From NCBI GenBank assembly GCA_965263185.1, contig OZ253588.1:311611-375610 (forward strand): a stretch of 64,000 nt of DNA. The letters run 5' to 3'. The notes beneath the pieces are model-generated. The model searched no databases, was not told the origin of the DNA, and saw nothing but the letters and a program-made list of their open reading frames with translations. Shown here in pieces: positions 55,753 through 64,000 of this stretch. The translations under genes and the position numbers were made by a program. Positions within the stretch are counted from its first letter, which is position 1; each line of letters opens with the position of its first letter. Origin of the DNA: Dehalococcoidia bacterium (GTDB taxonomy: Bacteria; Chloroflexota; Dehalococcoidia; Lucifugimonadales; UBA2985).

Positions 55753-55842
55753 TCTTGAAGCCCCCGGCTCAGAGAGCGTATTACCGCCCAAGACAATAAA
55801 TTATCTATGCCATAAGGTCAACGAGCATCCTCGCTGCCGGCG

Positions 55843-56781
55843 CTAGCGCGATGTCCTTGCCGGAGCAGCCGATACCAGACTGCACCAGTGGAGATACCTG
55901 GGCATCCTGCCTCGAATGACGTCAAAGTAGAGGCTCTGAAGCTGCTGGGTGATGGGGCCAAGATTGCCATCGCCAACCGCTATGTTATCGATATACCCCA
56001 CGGGGGTGAGATGAGCGGCGGTGCCGGTCAGGAAGCATTCGTCGATGTTGTAGAGCTCGCTGCGTCTCATGCTTCTCTCCACCGTTTCCAGACCCAACTC
56101 GTTCCTGGCGATCTGCATCACCACGTCCCTGGTGATCCCGGACAGAATGTTGTCGGTGACGGAGGGCGTTACCAGCTTGCCGTTCACCACCGCAAACACG
56201 TTTGCCCCGCTGGCTTCCGAGACGTACCCGTCCTGGGTGAGGAGAATGGCCTCATCAAAGCCCGCAAGGGTGGCCTCTGTCTTGGCCAGAATGCTATTCA
56301 CGTACAGCCCGCTAATCTTGGAGCTTGGAGGTATCATCGTGTCCTCCATACGCCGCCAGGAGGAGGTGCAGCACCTGGCCGCCGACTCCAGGTCCATGTA
56401 GGCCGCAAGGGGCACAGGGAAGATAACCAGAGAGTCGCTCAGGTCCTGGAGCTTCAGGACAGCCACCCGCTCCTCGCCCTTGAAGGCCAGTGGGCGTACG
56501 TAGATGTCCTGCCGGTATCCACACCTTTCCACCAGGTCCATGGTAATGCTTGACAGCTCCTCTGCCGTGTATGGAAGGTGTATCCGCATTACCTTACAGC
56601 CCTGTAGAAGCCTCTCGTAATGCTCTTTGACGCGAAATACGTACATCTTCTCCTGTTCGGGGTTCCAATTCGCCCGGATTCCCTCGAAGACGGATGTCCC
56701 GTAGTGGAGCGCGTGGGTCATCACCCCTACCCTCGCCTCTTCCAGGGGCATGAATTCACCGTTCATAAAGGCATAGACCAT
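55843..56781 (-). CDS. ilvE: branched-chain amino acid aminotransferase
   Basis: HALHYGTSVFEGIR, Y.RP, K..G.Y.NS, GFDEA, E.SGAN.F, L.GITR, FLTGTAA. Confidence 0.95.
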   Translation of the reverse strand: MVYAFMNGEFMPLEEARVGVMTHALHYGTSVFEGIRANWNPEQEKMYVFRVKEHYERLLQGCKVMRIHLPYTAEELSSITMDLVERCGYRQDIYVRPLAFKGEERVAVLKLQDLSDSLVIFPVPLAAYMDLESAARCCTSSWRRMEDTMIPPSSKISGLYVNSILAKTEATLAGFDEAILLTQDGYVSEASGANVFAVVNGKLVTPSVTDNILSGITRDVVMQIARNELGLETVERSMRRSELYNIDECFLTGTAAHLTPVGYIDNIAVGDGNLGPITQQLQSLYFDVIRGRMPRYLHWCSLVSAAPARTSR

Positions 56782-56934
56782 TCCACCGACTCCTTTTCCC
56801 AGAAACTGGAGGCATTATATCACGCGTCCACCTCAAGACAATCCCCACAGGCAATATTGCGCGTGCAATCTGCGAAAGTTGACCCCCCCGGAGCCGCGCA
56901 ATAGGGAGGCTCCGCGCCACCGGAGCCATCGTCA

Positions 56935-58047
56935 CTAAGCCGAGAAGCGGGAGAGCCCGAATGGCAGGAGAGGCTTTGCCTCGCCCCTTACAATGTAGTC
57001 GGCAATGAGCTTTCCGGTGCCTGCGCTGAGGAGGATACCGGTCCTGTAGTGGCCCACCGCCATCAGGACCCCCTCCAACCCATCCACCGGGCCCAGTATG
57101 GGGGCTTCGTCCGGGGAATGGGGACGCAGACCGGCCCAGACCTGGCGCAGTTCGGCCCCAGCCACCGCGGGCACAAGGTCAATGGCGCCGGAGAGTATTC
57201 CGGCGATCCCCTGGATGGTGGCCCTATCGCTGAAGCCGACCCTCTCCCTGGTTGTCCCCATGACAATAGCGCCGTCGGCCTTGGGTACAAGGTAGTTTAT
57301 GCCGTGCCACACAATCGCTGAGATAGGGGTTGGCAGAATACGCGTCGACAGTATCTGCCCTCTCACCGGGTGGACGGGAATGTCCACGCCGAGCCAATCG
57401 CTGTATCGATTTGTCCAGGCACCGGAGGCTATTACTACCCAGTCCGCCTCCATGTCGCCGGAGGCCGCCCGCACGCCTGAAACGCGGCTCTGCTGGTACA
57501 GAAGGCCCTTGACCTCCGTGTCCTGAAGGATGGTGGCCCCTCTTCTGGCCGCGCCCTGAGCGAAGGCCCTGACCAGCCTTCGACTGTTCAGATGTCCCTC
57601 CAGTGGCGAGAACAGCGCGCCCCTGAGTCCCTCCCTCAATGCGGGCTCCATGCCGTACGCCTCCCGCGAGTCCAGCCACCTGACGCCCATGTTCAGCGGC
57701 TCCTGCCATTTCAGCCGAGCCTGAAGGGCCTCCTCGTCCTCCCCGGTCAACGCTAGGTGCAGGATACCCGGGCACAGGTACTCCACGTCTATACCCGACT
57801 CTTCCTGAAGCCGTGGCAGCATGTCCAGAAGCAGGGCGCGGCTCTCCATCCCCAGATTCAGGGGAGCGCCCTGCGCGAGATCCTCTGAGATGGACGCCAC
57901 CATGCCCGCAGCCACGCTGGAGGCCCCAGCCCCCGGCTTTCCTCGATCCACCAGCGTGACATCCACCCCTGCAACTGCTAGATGGTACGCGATGGAGCAG
58001 CCGATGACCCCACCCCCTATGATGACAACGCTATCGTCAGACGCCAC
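56935..58047 (-). CDS. thiO: glycine oxidase ThiO
   Basis: GGGVIG, AS..AAGM, PVRGQ, WAGLRP, GHYRTGILL; in thi operon. Confidence 0.92.
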   Translation of the reverse strand: MASDDSVVIIGGGVIGCSIAYHLAVAGVDVTLVDRGKPGAGASSVAAGMVASISEDLAQGAPLNLGMESRALLLDMLPRLQEESGIDVEYLCPGILHLALTGEDEEALQARLKWQEPLNMGVRWLDSREAYGMEPALREGLRGALFSPLEGHLNSRRLVRAFAQGAARRGATILQDTEVKGLLYQQSRVSGVRAASGDMEADWVVIASGAWTNRYSDWLGVDIPVHPVRGQILSTRILPTPISAIVWHGINYLVPKADGAIVMGTTRERVGFSDRATIQGIAGILSGAIDLVPAVAGAELRQVWAGLRPHSPDEAPILGPVDGLEGVLMAVGHYRTGILLSAGTGKLIADYIVRGEAKPLLPFGLSRFSA

Positions 58048-58065
58048 CTTGCTCCTTCACGGGAC

Positions 58066-58269
58066 TCACCCACCTCCCACGGGTCGCACCACCTCTACTT
58101 CGTCACCCTGGTCCAGGACAACCTGGGAAAACCGTTCCCTGTCCACCACGTCTCCGTTATGGGCTACGGCAACGAACCGAAGGTCTACCCCACTGCTCTG
58201 AAGGAAGTCCATGAGGAGGGTAGGCCCCTCCAGCTCCCGGCGGCGGCCGTTTATGGTCAGGGTAATCAT
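58066..58269 (-). CDS. thiS: sulfur carrier protein ThiS
   Basis: 67 aa, VAVAHNG.VV, GD.VEVV, C-terminal GG. Confidence 0.94.
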   Translation of the reverse strand: MITLTINGRRRELEGPTLLMDFLQSSGVDLRFVAVAHNGDVVDRERFSQVVLDQGDEVEVVRPVGGG

Positions 58270-58291
58270 GGGCCTGTCTACCTTATCCCTC

Positions 58292-58960
58292 TCATACGCG
58301 CGCTCCCACCTCTTCCCTACCCTTCCAGGCCGCCATCATGGACTGCCTCAGCACGCGGGCAGCCCTCTCCGGTTCCGGCGATGCCAGGATGGCGGAGATG
58401 ACGGCTATCCCCTGCGCCCCTGCCTCCATAACGGCCGCCGCATTTGATGAGTCGATGCCTCCTATGGCCAGCACAGGGACGCGGGTCGCGCTCGTCACGT
58501 CTCTCAGCAGATCAAGGCCGCCTGTCCTGCCCCCAGGCTTGGATTGGCTTGGGAATATTGTCCCAAGAACCAGGAAGTCGGCTCCGTCGTCCGTCGCCTG
58601 CGCAGCACCGGCGGAGTCATGTACGGCCTTGCTCACCAGCAGGCGCGGCGGGGCCACGTCCCTGGCGTCGCGGACGGCAATGGAGTCCTCGGGCAGATGA
58701 AGGCCGTCGGCTTCCATAGCCAGGGCCACGTCCAGCCTGTCGTTGATTACTAGCATGGCTCTGCCCCTGGTGATAGCGCGGAGCCGCCGAGCCAGCTTCA
58801 GGAGCTCACCTGCGGGCAGGTCCTTCTCCCGGACCTGTACCATGTCCACCCCACCCGATACCGCCGCTGCGACCCTCTCTTCCAGGGCGTCCGCGCCGCA
58901 GAGCTTCCTGTCCGTCACAAGGCAGAGGCAGGGGGCCGGCAATGCGTGTCTGGGTCTCAT
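58292..58960 (-). CDS. thiE: thiamine-phosphate synthase
   Basis: VQVREKD, INDRLDVA, DGLHL, SKPG, AIGGI, AVISAI. Confidence 0.9.
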   Translation of the reverse strand: MRPRHALPAPCLCLVTDRKLCGADALEERVAAAVSGGVDMVQVREKDLPAGELLKLARRLRAITRGRAMLVINDRLDVALAMEADGLHLPEDSIAVRDARDVAPPRLLVSKAVHDSAGAAQATDDGADFLVLGTIFPSQSKPGGRTGGLDLLRDVTSATRVPVLAIGGIDSSNAAAVMEAGAQGIAVISAILASPEPERAARVLRQSMMAAWKGREEVGARV

Positions 58961-58964
58961 CCTT

Positions 58965-59744
58965 CTAGCTCTGCCCTACCACGCCCTCCACGGGACTGCT
59001 GGCGGACGCGTACGCTCTCCTGGCAATCCGTCCCGCTTGATAGGCCTTGAAGCCCGCCTCCACTCCCTGGCGAAACGCCTCGGCCATAAGCGCTGGGTCG
59101 TCCGCCTGGGCGATGGCCGAGTTCACCAGGACGGCGTCGGCGCCCATCTCCATAGCCTGCGCGGCGTCCGAGGGGACGCCCAGGCCCGCATCGACTACCA
59201 CGGGAACGGAGGCTTGCTCAATGATTATCCGAATCTCCTCCGCAGTGTGGATGCCCTGCCCGGAGCCTATTGCCGACCCCAGAGGCATAAGCGTGGCGCA
59301 TCCCAGCTCCTCTAGCCGCCTGGCAAGCACGGGGTCGGCGTGGATGTACGGGAGCACGGTGAAGCCCTCTGCAATGAGCGCTCTTGCCGCCTCCAGGGTG
59401 CCGATAGGGTCCGGCAGCAGGTACTTGGGGTCCGGGATAACCTCCAGCTTTATCCAGTCGGACAGGCCCATGGCCCGGGCCAGCCGCGCGATGGTAAGGG
59501 CCTCTTCCGGGGTACTGCAACCCGCTGTGTTCGGAAGGATGTGGAACTTGCTCCAGTCCACGTAGTCCAATATGGTCTTCTTGTCCGGACTATCCAGGTC
59601 CAGCCTGCGTATTGCCACCGTTATCATCTCTGTGCCGGAAGCCTCAATAGCGCCCACCATTTCATCCATGGTTCGGTACTTGCCCGTGCCCAGGATCAAG
59701 CGGGACGTGAACTCTCTGCCTGCGATATTCAAGCTGGCTGACAT
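58965..59744 (-). CDS. thiG: thiazole synthase
   Basis: [42 protein letters not shown]. Confidence 0.96.
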   Translation of the reverse strand: MSASLNIAGREFTSRLILGTGKYRTMDEMVGAIEASGTEMITVAIRRLDLDSPDKKTILDYVDWSKFHILPNTAGCSTPEEALTIARLARAMGLSDWIKLEVIPDPKYLLPDPIGTLEAARALIAEGFTVLPYIHADPVLARRLEELGCATLMPLGSAIGSGQGIHTAEEIRIIIEQASVPVVVDAGLGVPSDAAQAMEMGADAVLVNSAIAQADDPALMAEAFRQGVEAGFKAYQAGRIARRAYASASSPVEGVVGQS

Positions 59745-59867
59745 TTAACCGGACCTCCTGGCCGCCGCGTGGCGTAATGATGTCGCAGCCGGGCTTGAGG
59801 TCGTGCCGGGTCTTTTGCGGACAGACCGATACCGCAGTCGGCGGTGGGAAGCAGTATAGACAAGTGC

Positions 59868-59972
59868 GCTCTCCCTTCGCTGGCATTATCCAGTTCAGGT
59901 TCCGACGGTCGCCCCTGTTCGCTGGGGCCTCTCAGCCTGACACTTACAAGCTCCCGCTGGACTCCCCATTAG
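59868..59972 (-). promoter_or_regulatory. TPP riboswitch
   Basis: minus strand GGGAG...GGCTGAGAG...CGACCG..GAACCTGAACTGGATAATGCCAGCGAAGGGAG upstream of thiG. Confidence 0.93.
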
Positions 59973-60116
59973 AGTAAGGTAATCCATAGCAAAAAGTCAA
60001 TTGCCGCCACCGTCGCCGCTGGGGGCGCCGCAGCAACGATAGAGCAATGCCGCGTTTGACCGGGCGCGGGTAGTGTGCTCTAATGGGCGCGAGTTCGAAT
60101 GGAGGGGGCAACGGCA

Positions 60117-60365
60117 ATGAACCCGATTGATCCCTATCAACATCAACGGACGGAATACTGGGCCGACAGGGCAATGGAGCAGTCCGGATACAGCGCCACA
60201 CACCTCAGGGCTGCCGACAAGTTGTGGAGCGTCGTGGAGACCACGGTTAAGGTTGTGACGTTCCCAATATGGTGGCCGATTTCCTGGTGGAACAAGCGCA
60301 AGAAGAGGAAGAACCGGCCGCAAGACCCCTTCACCACGGATATGAACCGTCCGCTTTATAAATAG
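60117..60365 (+). CDS. small hypothetical protein (82 aa, Trp-rich segment + basic tail)
   Basis: GGAGG SD, coding-like sequence. Confidence 0.55.
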   Translation: MNPIDPYQHQRTEYWADRAMEQSGYSATHLRAADKLWSVVETTVKVVTFPIWWPISWWNKRKKRKNRPQDPFTTDMNRPLYK

Positions 60366-60375
60366 GCCCAACCCG

Positions 60376-60742
60376 CCCGCTCGTGGTGAGCCTGTCGAAC
60401 CATATGAGCGGAAGCCCCCTCACCCGCTCACTCCCTTCGACAGGCTCAGAGCCCGCCCGTACTTGATACGGGGGCTAACGGAACCCAAACCGCCCCGCTC
60501 GTGGTGAGCCGAGTTCCCTTGCCCCGCTCGTGGTGAGCATGTCGAACCATATGAGCGGAGGCGCCCTTCCCCGCTCACACTCTTCCACAGGCTCAGAGCC
60601 TGCCCCGTACTTGATACGGGGGCTAACGGAACCCAAACCGCCCCGCTCGTGGTGAGCATGTCGAACCATATGAGCGGAAGCGCCCTTCCCCGCTCACACT
60701 CTTCCACAGGCTCAGAGCCTGCCCCGTACTTGATACGGGGGC
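60376..60742. repeat. REP/BIME-like tandem array, about 119-bp unit, 3 copies plus a short partial copy
   Basis: units start near 60376, 60522, 60641; inverted pair tgagcctgtcgaa/ttcgacaggctca and palindrome cccgtacttgatacggg. Confidence 0.92.
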
Positions 60743-60823
60743 GAGCCATATAACCAACACACGTTGGGAGTGCCGTACATTTGCTATAATTGATCATAGG
60801 GACGCCAATAGTCAGGAGAGGCC

Positions 60824-61747
60824 ATGCGCCAATCGGCTTTGCACACCGTGACCGGCGCCACCGGATACACCGGGCGATACATCACTGAACTGCTGCTCCA
60901 GCAGGGAAATCTTGTACAGTCTATCACCGGCCACCCAGACCGATACAATCCATTCGGAGACAGGGTAAAGACCCACCCATTCAACTTTGACCGACCCGAT
61001 CTGCTGGAACAGACGCTGGCCGGCACCGACACGTTGTTCAACACCTACTGGATCCGCTTCAACCTGGGAGACCGCACCTATGAGCGCTGCGTGGAAGAGA
61101 CGCGGACTCTGTTCAAAGCTGCCGAGGCCGCGGGAGTACGCCGTATCGTCCACATCAGCATAATCAATCCTGACTCGCAGTCGCCATTGCCGTACTTTCG
61201 TGGTAAAGGGCAAGTAGAAGATGCGCTGCGCGCGTCCGGCGTCTCCTACGCCATCCTGCGTCCCACCGTGCTGTACAGCACACAGGACATCCTGCTCAAC
61301 AACATCGCCTGGACCCTCCGTAAGTTCCCTGTGTTCCTGCTGCCAGGGACGGGACGCTACGGCATTCAGCCCGTGTTCGTGGAGGACCTGGCGGAACTTG
61401 CGGTAGCAGCCGCTCAGGAGGACCGAAACGCTGAGCTCGCCGTCGTCGGGCCAGAGGTCTTCACATACGCCGAGATGGTCAAGCTGATCAGGGACAAGGT
61501 GAAAGCCCGCTGCCTGGTGCTGCCGGCGCCCAAGCTGCTAACCTATGCGGCGGGACGGTTCCTCGGCATTTTCCTCAAGGACGTCATACTCACCAGGGAC
61601 GAGGTCGAAGGGCTTTCCGCAGGCTTGTTGGTATCGAAGTCGGACGCTCCACCTCCGGCCAGGACCAGACTCTCTGAGTGGCTGGACCGGAACGGGGCCG
61701 AGTTTGGGCAGCGCTACGCGTCGGAAGCCCAACGGCACTACCGGTAA
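60824..61747 (+). CDS. NAD(P)-binding SDR/epimerase (NDUFA9-like atypical SDR)
   Basis: VTGATGYTG, RIVHIS, YFRGK, AILRPT, QPVFVEDLA. Confidence 0.87.
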   Translation: MRQSALHTVTGATGYTGRYITELLLQQGNLVQSITGHPDRYNPFGDRVKTHPFNFDRPDLLEQTLAGTDTLFNTYWIRFNLGDRTYERCVEETRTLFKAAEAAGVRRIVHISIINPDSQSPLPYFRGKGQVEDALRASGVSYAILRPTVLYSTQDILLNNIAWTLRKFPVFLLPGTGRYGIQPVFVEDLAELAVAAAQEDRNAELAVVGPEVFTYAEMVKLIRDKVKARCLVLPAPKLLTYAAGRFLGIFLKDVILTRDEVEGLSAGLLVSKSDAPPPARTRLSEWLDRNGAEFGQRYASEAQRHYR

Positions 61748-61911
61748 TCCTCTGTCAAGTCGTTCGCCGTCGTCGTGGCGATAGCGCATAGCGGGACGCG
61801 GTTGCCGTGCAGGTAACGTCCTTGCGCCGGCGCATCTGCAACAATCTCCCCCTGCAACCTGTCAATCAGGCGGCGATTGTTCGTTTAATGTATTGTTTTT
61901 TTGATGGCCTG

Positions 61912-61940
61912 TTGACATAAATGCCCGCCTAGCCTACAGT
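61912..61940 (+). promoter_or_regulatory. sigma70-type promoter with AT-rich upstream tract
   Basis: TTGACA-N17-TACAGT preceded by a T-rich tract. Confidence 0.6.
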
Positions 61941-61963
61941 GTAGGCATAGAGGTTAGGTCATA

Positions 61964-62140
61964 ATGACAATTGAGCTACCCAGCAGCCCCAAAGACGATG
62001 ACGTAATTGTGAACTATTGTCCCGTCTGCGGCCTCACAGAGCGACGCCCGTTCAAGGAGGGTAAGCACTGGGAAACGCCCTTCCTCTACAGGGAGGCTTG
62101 GTGGGCCAGAGGGCCATGCCCTTCCTGCTCCCCAAAGTAA
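61964..62140 (+). CDS. 58-aa zinc-ribbon microprotein (absent from the ORF track)
   Basis: MTIELPSSPKDDDVIVNYCPVCGLTERRPFKEGKHWETPFLYREAWWARGPCPSCSPK; two CxxC; GAGGT SD and promoter upstream. Confidence 0.65.
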   Translation: MTIELPSSPKDDDVIVNYCPVCGLTERRPFKEGKHWETPFLYREAWWARGPCPSCSPK

Positions 62141-62210
62141 GACGCGCCTCAACGGCGGATACCGCCCATCCTCCACTCAAAGCTGTACGCCCTCCACCGT
62201 GGGGGGAACC

Positions 62211-63371
62211 TCACACTGGGCTGACCTCTCCCCTTTCCACCAGATAGCTGCCGGCATGGGCCAGGAACGACTTCTCTACGCGGTCCAGATCTGTGGTGGA
62301 AACGATGGCCTGCTGACTGCGTGAGACGCGTTCCAACAGGAGGCGTCGGCGAGACGGATCCAACTCGGAAAGAACGTCGTCCAGCAGCAGGACCGGCGAC
62401 TCTCCGCGCTCCCTCTCCAGTAACATACCCTCGGCCAGCTTCAGGGTGAGGGCCAGCGTCCTGGCCTGTCCCCTGGATGCATAGGCGGCCGCCTCCATTC
62501 CGTCCACGGTGAGGCGCAGGTCATCCCGGTGGGGCCCGCGTTGTGACGTTCCCATTGCCACTTCCCTTCCCCTACCCTCCTCTATGGCGCGCTGGAAGGC
62601 GCGTTTGACGTCCTCCTGCTCCGGACATTCCATCGGGACGCTGGGGGCATAGTCCATCGCCAACTCCTCCCGGCCCTCGGTCAGGTCACCGTGGAGCTCG
62701 CTAACCAGTTGGCGCAGGTCATGGACAACCTGGCGTCGTTTCAGGGATATGTAGACACCTTCCTGCACCAGGGCCTCGTCCCAGAAATCCAGCTCTTCCA
62801 CCCGGCTCCTGTGCTCCCTGACGTGGCGCAGAAGGTGGTTTCGCTGATACACCACCTTCTGGTACCTCTGAAGAGAGCGAAGATACACCCTGTCCATCTG
62901 GGATATGAGGATGTCCAGGTATCGGCGACGCGTGACCGGAGGCCCCGTGACCATCTGTATATCCTCGGCGTCGAAGAGGACGGCGTTGACGGCTCCAACC
63001 AGGTCCGAGGCCGGCACGCGTATGCCGTTGACCCTCATGTCTTTGCGAAGGTAAGGAGGCCGCTCCGCGTCTTCCTGGAAGCCCTCCGCGCGCATGTCCA
63101 CCATTATCCGCACCCTGTCCCGCTCCCTCTGGACGATGCCCACCACCTGCGCATGGCCGGGGTCTTCAGTCGCCGTCCTGCAGATGGCCTCTCTATCGCT
63201 GCTCGCCCGATACGCCTTGGCGATGGACAGCATGTACAGCGCTTCAAGCAGGTTGGATTTTCCCTGCGCGTTGCCCCCTGAGAAGACCAGGAGGCCTCCG
63301 GGGAGGTCCAACTCCAGATAGCGGTAGTTGCGGAAGTTGGTGAGGCTCAGATGGGAGACGTACACGGGCAA
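62211..63371 (-). CDS. recF: DNA replication/repair protein RecF
   Basis: NFRNY, G.NAQGKSNLLEA, RRRYLD, GPHRDDL, SRGQ, LLLDDVLSELD. Confidence 0.96.
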   Translation of the reverse strand: MPVYVSHLSLTNFRNYRYLELDLPGGLLVFSGGNAQGKSNLLEALYMLSIAKAYRASSDREAICRTATEDPGHAQVVGIVQRERDRVRIMVDMRAEGFQEDAERPPYLRKDMRVNGIRVPASDLVGAVNAVLFDAEDIQMVTGPPVTRRRYLDILISQMDRVYLRSLQRYQKVVYQRNHLLRHVREHRSRVEELDFWDEALVQEGVYISLKRRQVVHDLRQLVSELHGDLTEGREELAMDYAPSVPMECPEQEDVKRAFQRAIEEGRGREVAMGTSQRGPHRDDLRLTVDGMEAAAYASRGQARTLALTLKLAEGMLLERERGESPVLLLDDVLSELDPSRRRLLLERVSRSQQAIVSTTDLDRVEKSFLAHAGSYLVERGEVSPV

Positions 63372-63500
63372 TACCCTCTTGATGACTGCCGGGCCGCGAT
63401 ATTATACCGGATAGCCTCCGCTGCCCCGGTTTGCGCGTACCGGACAGGCAACCCGGAGAAGACCTCAACCCGGTGGAATGGCCTCATGCGGATGACGCCG

Positions 63501-63575
63501 TGGAGCCAGCGAGGGGATTCGAACCCTTGACCTGCGGTTTACGAAACCGCTGCTCTACCACTGAGCTACGCTGGC
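63501..63575 (-). tRNA. tRNA-Thr (anticodon CGT)
   Basis: GCCAGCGTAGCTCAGTGGTAGAGCAGCGGTTTCGTAAACCGCAGGTCAAGGGTTCGAATCCCCTCGCTGGCTCCA cloverleaf with encoded CCA. Confidence 0.96.
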
Positions 63576-63590
63576 CCGCATCCCATTATA

Positions 63591-64000
63591 TCACGCCTCG
63601 CGTTCGGTAGTCCCTTCCTGTGACGGCGCCGGCTCCCCCTGAGCGGCCCACCACTCCATGAGGCGGCCTGCGACGGTCTTCTCGTATCCCTGATCGCTGG
63701 GCTGATAGTAGCGACGGTCTCTCAGGGAGGCGGGCAAGTTCTCCATCGCCGCAAAGTGTCCGGGGTAGTCGTGGGCGTACTTGTAGCCATTGCCGTAGCC
63801 CTGCTCTCTCATCAGCGGCGTAACGGCGTTGCGCAGGTGCAGAGGGACTGGGTCATTTCGAGTTCGCCGCGCGTCTTCTCTGGCCAAGTTCAGGGCTGCG
63901 TATGCCGAGTTGCTCTTGGGAGCCGTGGCCAGGTAGACCGTTGCCTCCGCCAGTGGGATGGCCCCCTCAGGCATTCCAATGAAGTGGACGGCCTGCTGAG
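63591..64000 (-). CDS. rarA: replication-associated recombination protein A, C-terminal part (runs off the window)
   Basis: IGMPEG...LA.AT.YLATAPKSNS, VPLHLRNA.T.LM...GYG.GYKYAHD. Confidence 0.93.
   Translation of the reverse strand, partial: QQAVHFIGMPEGAIPLAEATVYLATAPKSNSAYAALNLAREDARRTRNDPVPLHLRNAVTPLMREQGYGNGYKYAHDYPGHFAAMENLPASLRDRRYYQPSDQGYEKTVAGRLMEWWAAQGEPAPSQEGTTEREA

Noticed and set aside
60376-60797. ORFs across the REP array
   Set aside because: Translations of the repeat, no protein motifs
63501-63575. tRNA-Thr as an integration site
   Set aside because: No integrase and no duplicated tRNA 3' end seen in the window; flanks are core genes

Overview
GC-rich bacterial chromosomal segment, most likely Chloroflexota/Dehalococcoidia (inferred from the YYY-domain GT-C protein, the RimI insert and gene style). 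Most of it is housekeeping: acnA, eno, gap, pheA, a Trk/Ktr K+ uptake cluster, ruvCAB, prfA-prmC, mfd, glyA, rpsF-ssb-rpsR, hom-thrC, ilvE, a TPP-riboswitch thiGESO operon, recF, tRNA-Thr(CGT) and part of rarA. Two accessory regions stand out. (1) About 9.26-12.09 kb: an orphan, cas-less type I-E-like CRISPR mini-array (3 full repeats, 1 truncated repeat, 3 spacers). It is fused by microhomology to an IS5 transposase remnant and lies 40 bp upstream of, and co-oriented with, a 779-aa chimeric gene: Zn finger + HsdR-N-like PD-(D/E)xK nuclease occupying the J-domain position of a DnaJ + DnaJ Zn finger/C-terminal domain + 9-aa tandem repeat + TM helix + Pro/Thr linker + probably exported domain. 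This is the best candidate for an undescribed defence or sensing system. (2) About 22.5-32.9 kb: a decaying block with a nonsense-interrupted histidine kinase, frameshifted DUF2339 and recQ genes, and a complete IS1380-family element splitting a small exported-protein gene. A family of palindromic REP-like repeats occurs at four sites, one of them in frame inside a protein-coding gene. All calls come from reading motifs by eye; no database searches were run.
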